Part shown: positions 29,486-39,687 of the stretch, piece after piece
Numbering within the stretch: position 1 is the stretch's first letter
How the letters are laid out: each line of letters begins with the position of its first letter
DNA from: Promethearchaeota archaeon
GTDB taxonomy: Archaea > Asgardarchaeota > Lokiarchaeia > Sigyniarchaeales > SOKP01
Assembly: GCA_048938855.1 (NCBI GenBank)
Contig: JBHLLT010000015.1
Coordinates: 10,833 to 74,832 of the forward strand
Direction: 5' to 3'
Length of the DNA stretch: 64,000 bases
Notes under the pieces: generated by a model
Told to the model about the DNA's origin: nothing
What the model saw: the letters and a program-made list of their open reading frames with translations, nothing else
The model's database searches: none
Position numbers and translations under genes: made by a program

Positions 29486-31624
29486 ATGAGAAAAAAAACA
29501 ATAATTTTATTGGTACTAGTAGTAGCACTCTTAAATGTCGTTAATTTTGGAATTTTCTCTCTCCCAACTGCAGCCAAAAATACTCATGAACTTCCTGAAT
29601 ATATCGGTGTAGACTGGAACAGCAACCTTGCAGGTGATGTGAAGATGCCTGTAATCGATCCAACAATTTCAATGTCAGAAAGAACTGGATTATCCATGTC
29701 AACACCTCCGGTAGGAACTACTGTAGATGATTGGTATATAGGATCGGTAACTGGTAATTCTCACATGACTCTTAGAGCTATTTCTACATATGCGGAAATA
29801 TGGGTGGCTGAAGATCTCGCATTTCCCGCGGGGGATCCAAGAAATTCTGATCCAAGAAATTATTTAATTACTGATGAAATGGCTGAATATCTAGCTGAAC
29901 AATTTGATTTGTTTATATACGAGAATTGTATCAATTATTTTGGCGCTCCTTATGATAGAGATGGTACTTATACTATTTTTGAGCTCATAGGTTTTCCTAT
30001 GTCATATTGGGATTGGATTGAAACAACTGATCCTTATAATCCTCAAAGAGTTATTTTAAAAATCTTAAATATACGCGATACTAACTATTATGATCCGACT
30101 TATCCGTATTACACGATTGGTTTCTATAGCATTACATATACTCAGCAATATTATAATAGGAACATGGTTCATATTGATTGTTGGCAATGGTTTGACAATT
30201 TAGGTCCGGAAGGATATGAATGGTACTCCGATACAGAAGTAACAGATCCATATACAATTGAACAAGCGACTGCTCATGAATATCAACATAATATTCATAG
30301 AGATTGGCAACCACATCCAGAAGCTTTTATGAACGAAGGCTGTTCTATGGCTGCTGAATTTCTATGTGGATATCCCTATCCATGGGGATATGTACCATAC
30401 TTCTTAGCAACCCCAGATAATTCCCTTGTTGAGTGGGGTGATCAAACTGATGATAACATAATTGCAGATTATGCTCATTCTCTATTATGGTGTACATATT
30501 TAGCAGATCACTTTGGAGCTGAATTCTTGACTGAATATATACAATCAGGAATCCCTGGCATTGAAGGTATTAATACCGCTCTTGACACTTTGGGTTATGC
30601 TGAATCTTTTAATGATCTATTCCATGATTGGAGGATTGCCAACTTAATCCATACAGATGATCCAGGAAATGGTAGATTTAACTATAAGTCAATTGATTTG
30701 AGTGAATTCTTAGCTGGTGATTTTGCTTCGGAAATACCGAGGGTTTATGAAGTAGGAGGAAGAGTTGTACCATGGACTTGGGGTTCAGATTTTGGCCATA
30801 CAGTTGTCTACGGTGGATTATTTGATTTATGGGATGTAATCAATGTTGGATCCTACGGTACCGATTACATTTCTTTTACTGACTTACGAGGTGTTAACGA
30901 GATATGGTTCGAGGGAGAACAGTTTGTAGTGACACCAGGATGGGAAGTTTTAAATAGTTTCTGGTATTCTGGAGCGCAAAATCTTATGAATACACTTATT
31001 GCAACTGAAGTTTATGTCGATCCTCTTGATCCATTCTTATATCTAACTACCTATTGGGATATAGAAGATTTCTGGGATTTTGGTTTTGTCCAAGTGTCAG
31101 AAGATGGAGGTAAATGGGATTCAACTTGGACTTCTTTAGAAAATATATACACTACTTATGATCATGATCCAAGTGCTATTATTTGGGCTATAGAAAATCT
31201 ACCAGGACTTACAAGCTGGAGTGGCTTTATAACACCAGATGGAATAGTTGAAATGACTTTTGATCTCTCTGCATACGCAGGACAGACGATACATCTGGGT
31301 TTCCGATACGTAACAGACTGGGGTACACTTTATGAAGGCTGGTATCTTTTGGAAGGAACAGTAGGTGGAACAGAGATCTTATCTACACTTGAACATGTAT
31401 ATCCTCCAGTTAATTGGATGGTTAGCATTGTGGAAAGAATGACACTTCCGACGGGAGATGTGAGCTACATTGTTAATGACATTGCTATGTCTGATGATGG
31501 TACATGGGGATTGGGTGTTATTAATGTAAATCATTTAGAAGATATTATCTTGGTTATAAGCCCTATAACGGATATAGGTGTCGCAGACTATCGCTTTAGA
31601 ACATATCATCCAAAGTTTTCGTAA
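29486..31624 (+). CDS. Secreted zinc metallopeptidase (M6 immune inhibitor A / M30-like)
   Basis: Signal peptide; AHEYQH...NEG zincin motif; C-terminal WDIEDFWDFGFVQVS...FDLSAYAGQTIHLGFRYVTD domain seen in InhA-type proteins. Confidence 0.85.
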   Translation: MRKKTIILLVLVVALLNVVNFGIFSLPTAAKNTHELPEYIGVDWNSNLAGDVKMPVIDPTISMSERTGLSMSTPPVGTTVDDWYIGSVTGNSHMTLRAISTYAEIWVAEDLAFPAGDPRNSDPRNYLITDEMAEYLAEQFDLFIYENCINYFGAPYDRDGTYTIFELIGFPMSYWDWIETTDPYNPQRVILKILNIRDTNYYDPTYPYYTIGFYSITYTQQYYNRNMVHIDCWQWFDNLGPEGYEWYSDTEVTDPYTIEQATAHEYQHNIHRDWQPHPEAFMNEGCSMAAEFLCGYPYPWGYVPYFLATPDNSLVEWGDQTDDNIIADYAHSLLWCTYLADHFGAEFLTEYIQSGIPGIEGINTALDTLGYAESFNDLFHDWRIANLIHTDDPGNGRFNYKSIDLSEFLAGDFASEIPRVYEVGGRVVPWTWGSDFGHTVVYGGLFDLWDVINVGSYGTDYISFTDLRGVNEIWFEGEQFVVTPGWEVLNSFWYSGAQNLMNTLIATEVYVDPLDPFLYLTTYWDIEDFWDFGFVQVSEDGGKWDSTWTSLENIYTTYDHDPSAIIWAIENLPGLTSWSGFITPDGIVEMTFDLSAYAGQTIHLGFRYVTDWGTLYEGWYLLEGTVGGTEILSTLEHVYPPVNWMVSIVERMTLPTGDVSYIVNDIAMSDDGTWGLGVINVNHLEDIILVISPITDIGVADYRFRTYHPKFS

Positions 31625-31740
31625 TGAAGAAAGTTGTTGTGTTTTATGTTTAAAAATAATCATTAATATTTTTTTTTTTAAATTTTCCTTTATCTTGTAA
31701 TATATATGATTTAATAAATTTGCATTCGTTTTCCTTTTTT

Positions 31741-31790
31741 AGATTAAAATAACAATCAGGACAAAAAATAGCTACTATAGAATTATTCCA
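31741..31790 (-). pseudogene. Fragment paralogous to the zinc-binding gene at 28907-29200
   Basis: 44/50 nt identical to 28995-29044; encodes WNNSIVAIFCPDCYFN versus WNDSMVIIFCPECYFN; the N-terminal CxxC half is missing. Confidence 0.75.
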
Positions 31791-31911
31791 GCCCAGTTGT
31801 TTTTTCTTAGCAAGACAGAAATATCACACTTTTAAACTTTGCCATTACTTCGAACTTCGCAAAAAGTTTTATAATAAAAACTATTAATCGAAGCCTGAAT
31901 ATATAATAATT

Positions 31912-32151
31912 ATGAGCCTAATTACAATTGGTAAAGAAATAAATATTGCAGAAATAACCATTCCTTTCTCTGAATTTGGAGAAACAAAAATTACTCCAGA
32001 TTTATATGAAGGTACTGAAAAAATTCCATTTTCAGATAGAGATCCCAAATACAAGAAGATTTTAAAGGATGAGTTTACTCAAGGATCTCTCTTCGAAATG
32101 TACAAACATCTAATCAAAATTGATTACATATTAACCAAACTGAGCGAGTAA
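31912..32151 (+). CDS. Hypothetical protein (79 aa)
   Basis: ATG ORF followed 3 nt later by a second small ORF. Confidence 0.5.
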   Translation: MSLITIGKEINIAEITIPFSEFGETKITPDLYEGTEKIPFSDRDPKYKKILKDEFTQGSLFEMYKHLIKIDYILTKLSE

Positions 32152-32154
32152 AAA

Positions 32155-32319
32155 ATGTCAGTTAATTATTATATGTTTTTGGAAGAAGTTAGGTTAATCA
32201 CTAGTCAATTAGACGTGATAGAAGAATCGAACAACGAAAAAGTGTTAAAATCATTTTTTTTCATAGATGACCTTATTTCAAAATTGAAAAATGTTAACAA
32301 TCTATTAATGGGGAAGTAA
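32155..32319 (+). CDS. Hypothetical protein (54 aa)
   Basis: MSVNYYMFLEEVRLITSQLDVIEES...LLMGK; appears translationally coupled to the previous ORF. Confidence 0.4.
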   Translation: MSVNYYMFLEEVRLITSQLDVIEESNNEKVLKSFFFIDDLISKLKNVNNLLMGK

Positions 32320-32391
32320 AAAAGATGACAGGAAAGGGAAATAGAATAATAATCATAAGGAATGAAGTAATTGTTCGGTTATGAATGAACT

Positions 32392-33237
32392 TCAAAAAAT
32401 TTGTAGATCATTCCCAGAAATCAATTTTCCAGTATATCCCTCTTTTACTTCTGCAACTAATTCTGCTTCACTAGCACCCCAGAAAAGTTGGTGATAAAGA
32501 ATTAATAACTTTGGTTTTACTTTAGAAGCTATCTCCGCAAGCTCATAAGATGAAGTATGTACACTCGAATGGTATTTTTTCCATTTTGGTGGCAAAGTCT
32601 CAAACTTTTTTGAAGAATAAACTTCATGGATTAAAATATCACACTCTTTATAAAAATCAATACACTCATCAAAGGGAGCAGTATCTCCTGAAATAACAAT
32701 CTTTTCATTATGTGTATTAAACTTATATCCAAACGATGTTAATGTTCCATGATTAACTGGAAACGCTTCAACTTTTATATTTTTATCCTCATAAACCACT
32801 CCAGGTGTTATTTCATTTACATTGACTTTATAACCTGAAGAATTTGCTGGTTCTAAGCCATCGATTCTTTCTTTTATATCTAAATTGTATGCTTTAATAA
32901 TATGATTCGTCATTTTCTGAGTGCCTTGAGGACCAAAAACGTCAAGAGGACGCGTTCTTCCCATTATCCAAGGAGTTAAAATTAGATCAGGATATCCAAG
33001 AGTATGATCAGAATGTAAATGAGTTAAAAAACCTTTTGTCAATTGAGAAGATTCTAGAGCTTTAATCCCAAGATTGAAATATGCAAAATCTGTTCTACGA
33101 GTAATACCTACTCCAAAATCGATTAAATAAGAGAGATTATTTACAATTATTGCTAGAGAGGGCCCCATTCTTTCGGGATCAGGATTTGGATTTCCAGTCC
33201 CTAAGAGAATAACTTTAGTATCTCTTGAATTGATCAT
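32392..33237 (-). CDS. MBL-fold metallo-hydrolase (RNase Z/arylsulfatase-like)
   Basis: LLGTG.P, THLHSDH, VISGDT, LIHEV, HTS and LYH motifs. Confidence 0.88.
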   Translation of the reverse strand: MINSRDTKVILLGTGNPNPDPERMGPSLAIIVNNLSYLIDFGVGITRRTDFAYFNLGIKALESSQLTKGFLTHLHSDHTLGYPDLILTPWIMGRTRPLDVFGPQGTQKMTNHIIKAYNLDIKERIDGLEPANSSGYKVNVNEITPGVVYEDKNIKVEAFPVNHGTLTSFGYKFNTHNEKIVISGDTAPFDECIDFYKECDILIHEVYSSKKFETLPPKWKKYHSSVHTSSYELAEIASKVKPKLLILYHQLFWGASEAELVAEVKEGYTGKLISGNDLQIF

Positions 33238-33324
33238 CTTTCATCCATTTCATTGAATTATAAAAAGAATATTAATATTATTCAATGAGATTCTATTTAG
33301 AAATTTATGTATTAGATTTTGACT

Positions 33325-35121
33325 TTATGCTCTGTAGGTTGGGTACCAATATAAATTCCTCATACAATTATATGGAAAACCCTTCAAGTTAGCAACATGT
33401 GTAAAGTAGATTTTATCGTACTCTAAAGGCATGTGGTAGTATTGTACATCGATAATATACCCTTGAAGTCTCTGGTACAAAATGTACCTCGCAGTAGTAT
33501 TAGTTTCAGCAACAGTCTGCTCTAAGAGATCTTGTAAATGAGGATCATTGATTCTAGCAAAGTTGGAAGCAGAAGCATTATTGACCAATGGATCAATCAT
33601 ATTGAAAGTCTCAAAATAATCAGGACCATATCCAAGATAATAAATGTGAAGTCTTTCGGGATGAAGTTGGCCCATCCTAATAAATTGATCCCAGGTTAAT
33701 ATCTGGGGGACAACATCGACTCCAATTAGATCCATATCTTCCGTGAATCGTTGGATAAGAAGTACCATAAAATGACTCCCTTGTCTATGACGGAAGTTCC
33801 ATTGATTATTTGAAAAGTTTCCTATATCTGGAATGAATTGTGCTGATGTCCATAGAGTTTCATTGGCTCCAGGAGTGAAGATATCTCCATGCATCGTACC
33901 TACATCCCATCCTACTCCAAAACCCATAGATTGCATAAAAGTTCTTGCTATAGGGATATTATAATCGGCTCCTCTGGTTGACGAGTTGTGAGCAGGAAAG
34001 CCTGATGGGACGAGTGAATTAGCTTTTACCTTGGTGCCTTCATCTATATCATGGATAAGATATGAATAATTAAACGCATGTGATATAGCTTTTCTCCAAG
34101 TTATATTAATACATATACTATTAAATGCTAAATACCAATAAATCGATCCATTGATATATGGATTGATTCCGTCTCCAGTTACAATGATATCTGGATCTAA
34201 CTCAAAATAAGGCTTGAGCGAAGCTAGACCTTGCCCTAAATAATCAATATCTAAGGCTAGCATTGCGTTATTAGCAGTAACAGCATCTCTATAATATACA
34301 TAGACAATTTGACCCCAATAAGCTCCAGTTCTCCAATATCTCTCCCATCGGGCAAATCGAATCTCTGAGTTAGGAATATATCTCACCAATTTGAAAGGAC
34401 CAGTCCCAATAACTAAATCTTCACTAGGATCTAACATTTCATACTTAGGAGTAGATGTATGCCCTACAATTGCGCTTGCGGTGTAGGCTATTAAACCTTC
34501 AAAAGGAGCGAATGGAGCATTTAAAAAGAGCATAACTGTATATGGATCAGATGTGTTATGAGCATTCCACCAGGCTCTACTGAGAGTATCATTAAAGATT
34601 GGAGTACCATCACCAAATTTATAGAGAAAATGTGGAGAGGCTTGGGTATAAATATTCGGATCTAACGTTCCTGTCCAGTTGCCAAAATAGTTAATTCTTT
34701 CGAAAGTATGAATAACATCTTCTCCAGTGAAAAGTTCACCGTCATGGAAATATACATTTTGACGAAGTGTAAATGTAATATTCGTGCCATGTTGAGTAGA
34801 CGCGAAATCCCAATCTTCAGCAAGTCTTCCTACAAGTGGTAAATCAGGATCGCTAAAATCATAAGCAATTAGGGTTTCAACGACCTGATCCAGCATATCA
34901 TTTGATACACTATCCCAAGAATCCATTGGATCCATAGTAACTGGATTAGACGTTCTCGCGACTTTCAGCACCTCTCCAGGATAAGGAACATAATCATTAT
35001 CAAAAGGACCAGAATACAAAAAAATACTTAAAGTGCTAAAAACAATACTGTTGACAACTATAGCAATACAGATCAATGAATTTAAAAAACTATCCTTGCT
35101 TCTATCCGTCATCTTAATCAC
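33325..35121 (-). CDS. Peptide/oligopeptide ABC substrate-binding protein (family 5)
   Basis: PVTMDP, TFTLRQNVYFHDG, GTGPFKL and WRKAISHAFN motifs; N-terminal TM anchor. Confidence 0.9.
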   Translation of the reverse strand: MIKMTDRSKDSFLNSLICIAIVVNSIVFSTLSIFLYSGPFDNDYVPYPGEVLKVARTSNPVTMDPMDSWDSVSNDMLDQVVETLIAYDFSDPDLPLVGRLAEDWDFASTQHGTNITFTLRQNVYFHDGELFTGEDVIHTFERINYFGNWTGTLDPNIYTQASPHFLYKFGDGTPIFNDTLSRAWWNAHNTSDPYTVMLFLNAPFAPFEGLIAYTASAIVGHTSTPKYEMLDPSEDLVIGTGPFKLVRYIPNSEIRFARWERYWRTGAYWGQIVYVYYRDAVTANNAMLALDIDYLGQGLASLKPYFELDPDIIVTGDGINPYINGSIYWYLAFNSICINITWRKAISHAFNYSYLIHDIDEGTKVKANSLVPSGFPAHNSSTRGADYNIPIARTFMQSMGFGVGWDVGTMHGDIFTPGANETLWTSAQFIPDIGNFSNNQWNFRHRQGSHFMVLLIQRFTEDMDLIGVDVVPQILTWDQFIRMGQLHPERLHIYYLGYGPDYFETFNMIDPLVNNASASNFARINDPHLQDLLEQTVAETNTTARYILYQRLQGYIIDVQYYHMPLEYDKIYFTHVANLKGFPYNCMRNLYWYPTYRA

Positions 35122-35140
35122 TTATCAATTATTAATTTCA

Positions 35141-35737
35141 TTAAAAAATTAAAAATATAGCAAAACCAATGGCAAAACTTGCTAAATTTGCAGAGATTGT
35201 AGCTTTTATAATAATCATGTTGTTTACTCTGTACTCAAAATAATGGAGATCATTGAATTTTCCATATATCTTTAGATTCAATAAACATTCTAATAAAAGT
35301 GGAAAAGCTTCAATTGCAATGCAAAAAAATAAAAAGTAATTTAAATCAATAAAATTTGGTCTGTATAAGAAAAAAGCAAAAAGTTGTGTTAGTGGAAATG
35401 TGACTAGATTAACTGCGAATACTGATTTGTAAAATTTTTTAGAATTTTCTTTAAATTTATTTGGTTTTAAAAAAATACTAATTATAAAACTTTCAATAAT
35501 AAACGTAATAATAAAAAGTAAAACTAATTCAAGAAGTATATAAGGATGCCATAATAAGACTTGGGGCAAAATTGAAAATAATGATACTAAAAAGGGTAAT
35601 ATAAAAAATGGTGTTATTACGAAGATTACTATTACCTTTTTTAATTTTTTAAAATTCATTCTAAAAAAAATACTATTTTTTGGTTTTCTATATAATTGGG
35701 AAATAATTTCTTTAGTCAAAATATAAATCTTTTTCAA
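35141..35737 (-). CDS. Membrane protein, unknown function
   Basis: About 5 TM; VNLVTFPL and ANLASFAIG motifs. Confidence 0.6.
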   Translation of the reverse strand: MKKIYILTKEIISQLYRKPKNSIFFRMNFKKLKKVIVIFVITPFFILPFLVSLFSILPQVLLWHPYILLELVLLFIITFIIESFIISIFLKPNKFKENSKKFYKSVFAVNLVTFPLTQLFAFFLYRPNFIDLNYFLFFCIAIEAFPLLLECLLNLKIYGKFNDLHYFEYRVNNMIIIKATISANLASFAIGFAIFLIF

Positions 35738-35932
35738 GTTTTGGGATTGTTTTATATTATCGTAACATTTATTGGGATTTTACGAGATTTTTTCCTTTTA
35801 TCATTAAAATAAGTTTTTTCGCTTGTATAATTATTTTAAATAGTCCCTTCTGTTATACCTATTAAAATTAACTAGGAGATTATTAGATAAACTTGAAAAT
35901 ATTTATAAAGCTTAAAATTGAAATCTTAAAAC

Positions 35933-38002
35933 ATGAAATTCAAAAATAATTTTTTTAAAAAATTTAATTCTGAACTCATTTTATTAACGGTGATGTTTCT
36001 ATTCTTTTTCCAATTACTCGGTGATTTAATTGAATCTGTTTATATGCTAGATCTCCTAAATTTAGAATTAGATGAAAAAGCAGCTGGACTATTTTTCTTA
36101 TTTACTCCTCTTATATTGTTATTTTTTAGAAGAAAGATTCCTAATTACTTTTTAGAGGCTGTAGCAATAATTTGCATTGTTTTTCGACTTATTTCACCAT
36201 TTTTGGATTCAGCAAATAGAATTATAACTTCTGGAATCGGTGTAGGAAGTTTTATGCTTTTCCTTCCGCTCTATTATTTTCATGGTATAAAAACTCAAAA
36301 TTCGGATAAAGCGGGACAATTAGGGTTAAAATTAGGTATTGGGCTTGCTTCTGCTATTTTGCTTTCTATTACTCTAAGAGCATTAAATTCTACTGTTGAT
36401 CTTTCAATATATGGATATTTTCAGTTTATAGGTTGGGTTCTTGGAATTATTGGGATTCTATCAATAATTAGTAGAATTAAAGAACCTCAAGTAGAAGAAG
36501 CTATAAATAATCCAAATAATTTAGAAACAACTAATCTAGCAAATAATCAAACTAGAAAGAGACTTTCTCTAAAGGGTGTTAAATTATTATCTCTAGGACT
36601 TGTGAGCGTATTGACCCTTAATTTCTTTGCATTCATCAGTCCTACCGTTATTTCAAGATGGACTGAGGGGGACTACATAACAATAACAATAAGCATAGCA
36701 GCCGTAATAGCCTTTACAATATTTATATTAGCTTTCAAACCAGGAATTCTTAGTAAATTGAATTCACGAATCTTATGGATTTGGAACCTACTATATGTGG
36801 TATCGCTTGTACTAACGATTGCAGTCCATACATTTCCATTTCCTGCAAATCCAAGTTCAGATCCTGTAATTATTAATCACCCTATAGGATGGTGGTATTA
36901 TATTCCATTAGTAGTAATGATCGCTTTGTTACCGATTATTTTCATTGATTTTACACTTCTTTCTAGAGAGATGATTAATAAACATCCAAAACCCTCAAAA
37001 TTGGGTGGAGGTTTTGCTATAGGGAGTCTATTTTTCGTATTTGTTATGTTTATGCTTGTATTTACAAATATCTGGGGATATGTCGATCCCATTAGTCAGC
37101 TTTTCCGAAATTTATATTGGCTTCCTTTCTTATTAGTGGGTGTAGCAATTCCAATAATGGGAAAGGCGATCTTTAAAAGAAACACATTGGAATTTAAATC
37201 TATAATTATTAATTTTAAAAATAAATTAATCGTCGGTTTATTCATCGGCCTTTTAATAATAGGAACTACTTTATCAGTAACAATATGGGAACTCCGTCCT
37301 AAAAATCAAGATACAAGCGGGATTACCTCAATAAAAGTAATGACATATAATATTCAACAAGGAGTAAACGTAAATGGAGAAAAAAATTATGACAGGCAAC
37401 TAGCAATTATTCAAGCCGTTAATCCAGATATTATAGGTTTACAAGAATGTGATACAGCAAGAATGACCCATGGTAGCTCTGATGTTGTGCGTTATTTTGC
37501 TAACCGATTAAATTATTATTCTTTTTATGGTCCAAGAACAGTAACAGGAACATACGGAACTGCTGTACTTTCTAAGTATCCAATTATTAGTGCTAAAACA
37601 ATTTTTACATACAGTAATGTGGATGAAATTGGAACAACTGAAGTTCAGATTAGAGTAGGAGCAACAACCTTTAATATTTATGTGAATCATCCCGCTGGAA
37701 GTGATGCTGCACATCTAGCACATATGCAAACCTTAATGGCTCAAATTGGAGTAAAGACGAATGTAATATCAATGGGAGATTTTAACACAGAACCAGATTC
37801 TATTTACTACAATATGTCTGTTGCAGTTTTAAAAGATGCCTGGGTAAATGCATCATTAAGTGGAGTTGAGGGGGCCAGTTTTAACATATCAGAACGCATT
37901 GATCATATATTTGTATCTCATAGTTTTATAGTGACAGAAACAAGATATCTCAATTATCTTGCATCAGATCATCCAGCGCTTTGGACTGAACTCCAATTTT
38001 AA
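35933..38002 (+). CDS. Polytopic membrane protein with C-terminal EEP phosphoesterase domain (Cwh43/PGAP2IP-like)
   Basis: About 13 TM, then MTYNIQQG, DIIGLQECD, GTAVLSKYPI, MGDFN, IDHIF and SDH. Confidence 0.85.
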   Translation: MKFKNNFFKKFNSELILLTVMFLFFFQLLGDLIESVYMLDLLNLELDEKAAGLFFLFTPLILLFFRRKIPNYFLEAVAIICIVFRLISPFLDSANRIITSGIGVGSFMLFLPLYYFHGIKTQNSDKAGQLGLKLGIGLASAILLSITLRALNSTVDLSIYGYFQFIGWVLGIIGILSIISRIKEPQVEEAINNPNNLETTNLANNQTRKRLSLKGVKLLSLGLVSVLTLNFFAFISPTVISRWTEGDYITITISIAAVIAFTIFILAFKPGILSKLNSRILWIWNLLYVVSLVLTIAVHTFPFPANPSSDPVIINHPIGWWYYIPLVVMIALLPIIFIDFTLLSREMINKHPKPSKLGGGFAIGSLFFVFVMFMLVFTNIWGYVDPISQLFRNLYWLPFLLVGVAIPIMGKAIFKRNTLEFKSIIINFKNKLIVGLFIGLLIIGTTLSVTIWELRPKNQDTSGITSIKVMTYNIQQGVNVNGEKNYDRQLAIIQAVNPDIIGLQECDTARMTHGSSDVVRYFANRLNYYSFYGPRTVTGTYGTAVLSKYPIISAKTIFTYSNVDEIGTTEVQIRVGATTFNIYVNHPAGSDAAHLAHMQTLMAQIGVKTNVISMGDFNTEPDSIYYNMSVAVLKDAWVNASLSGVEGASFNISERIDHIFVSHSFIVTETRYLNYLASDHPALWTELQF

Positions 38003-38174
38003 ATTTATTTTTTCTTAATTTTAATTGTTTCTGATGAAATCTTTTTTCCTAACCTTCAAAAACTTCAAAATCATTCCAAATGGATTTATAATATTTCTTT
38101 AATCCTATTTTATTAAGTATACAAAAATTTAGTATACAACAATTTAAATTAATAATAAATAAAAAGTGAAATGA

Positions 38175-38507
38175 ATGAGTTTTGATGAATTTGATGAAGA
38201 TTTAGGCGGAGAAGAGCCAATGAAATCTAAAACTCCCGCCTCTAAAACCCCCTCAAGTGGAAAGAAACTAACGTTATACTTTATGTCTACCATTGGTCCT
38301 GGTGAAAAAAAGGAAAAATTGACAGTGAATGACAGCAATCATGTGAGTGATATTAAGCAGACATTAGGAAATTTATATGGTCTTGATCCTAATGACTTTC
38401 ACTTATCTTCTGGTGGAGTTACCATGGATGAAAACAGCGCTTTAAGAGATTATAGTGTTAACGATGGTGATGATATTCTTTTAATCCCAGCAAGTACTGC
38501 TGGTTAG
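38175..38507 (+). CDS. Ubiquitin-like (beta-grasp) protein with acidic N-terminal extension, ending in a single Gly
   Basis: LTLYF...KLTVNDSNHVSDIKQTL...FHLSSGG...LRDYSVNDGDDILLIPASTAG follows the ubiquitin-fold pattern. Confidence 0.8.
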   Translation: MSFDEFDEDLGGEEPMKSKTPASKTPSSGKKLTLYFMSTIGPGEKKEKLTVNDSNHVSDIKQTLGNLYGLDPNDFHLSSGGVTMDENSALRDYSVNDGDDILLIPASTAG

Positions 38508-38578
38508 TATTCTTTCAAAATTTTTTTTCTTTTTTTTTTATTTATATTTTAAATTGCAGTTACAATTTTATTGATCAA

Positions 38579-38760
38579 TACACACTGAATGTAAATTTTT
38601 TTTCCATTACACACTCCTAAAATAATTAAGAAAATATGAGAAAAACGTCTCTTCTAGTTGTTTTTGAGGTTTAATAATAATTTAATACACACTCTGATCC
38701 ACAACATTTAAATATGATAATACACACTTTATGATCAGAGAATAAAAAATTATACACACT
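38579..38760 (+). promoter_or_regulatory. Five direct TACACACT repeats around a TATA box (putative operator array)
   Basis: Exact octamer at 38579, 38608, 38686, 38721 and 38753; TTTAAATA at 38707-38714. Confidence 0.7.
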
Positions 38761-38798
38761 CAAAAAAAAATAAAAATAAAAAAATGGTGAAAAAAAAA

Positions 38799-38882
38799 AT
38801 GGAAAATAGTTATGAATATTACAAGGATATTAAAGCCCATTTCGACGCTAAAAGAGCGTTTATTGGAAAAATGTATTATTAA
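38799..38882 (+). CDS. Putative leader peptide (27 aa, Tyr-rich)
   Basis: GGTGA SD at 38786-38790; MENSYEYYKDIKAHFDAKRAFIGKMYY; followed by T-tracts. Confidence 0.5.
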   Translation: MENSYEYYKDIKAHFDAKRAFIGKMYY

Positions 38883-38975
38883 ATACAATTTTTTTTATTT
38901 TTTTTTATCAAGATTATCAAAATTATTAAATTATACTAAAGAAAAGAAAAACAACAAATTAGAGGTAAAGAAAAA

Positions 38976-39659
38976 TTGAAAATATCTGGATCAGGAACCC
39001 TCTCAGAGGGAACAATAAATGATGAATTATATGTTTCCGGTTCAGCAAAAATAAAAGGAAATTTTGAATGTAATGGTTTTTATTCTTCTGGATCTTTGAG
39101 AGGACAAGGAAACTTAATTGTTCATGGCGACATTAAGAGTTCAGGCTCATTTAGACTCGCTGGAAACCTTTATGGAGATGGTGACCTCAGATCATCTGGT
39201 TCAACCTCCATTGATGGCGAAGTGATAATGAAAGGAAAACTTCATGTTTCAGGCTCATTAAGAGCTGGAAATAAAGTTGAAGCTCATGATGGAATCAAAG
39301 TATCTGGTTCTGCTAGAGTTCAAGGTGATATTTTAACTTTAGAGGCTTTGGATATTTCTGGATCAAGTCTAGTTAACGGAAATATAACAGGAACAGATGT
39401 AATTTTAGGACGTGAAAAAATATTAAGTAGAAGCATATATAAACATCCTAATAAGGTGTATGGTACGATACTCGCAAGAAACAATATTAGACTCATAAGT
39501 GCACTTGTTGATGGTGATGTAAAGGGTCGGGATGTATTTATAGGTCGAGGAACAGAAATTTCAGGAATTGTTTATTATGTTGATACTATTGAAGTTCACG
39601 ATAAGGCTACTTTAGCTCATGAGCCTGTTAAAATTTCAGAAGAAGAATTACATTTATAA
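38976..39659 (+). CDS. Polymer-forming cytoskeletal (bactofilin-like, YhbE/YhbF-type) beta-helix protein
   Basis: Repeated xSGSxxxxGxxxxxG units throughout. Confidence 0.8.
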   Translation: MKISGSGTLSEGTINDELYVSGSAKIKGNFECNGFYSSGSLRGQGNLIVHGDIKSSGSFRLAGNLYGDGDLRSSGSTSIDGEVIMKGKLHVSGSLRAGNKVEAHDGIKVSGSARVQGDILTLEALDISGSSLVNGNITGTDVILGREKILSRSIYKHPNKVYGTILARNNIRLISALVDGDVKGRDVFIGRGTEISGIVYYVDTIEVHDKATLAHEPVKISEEELHL

Positions 39660-39687
39660 AAATAAATTAGGTATGGTGGTTATTAGA

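Noticed and set aside
38579-38760. CRISPR array interpretation of the TACACACT repeats
   Set aside because: Repeat only 8 nt, irregular spacing, no cas genes.
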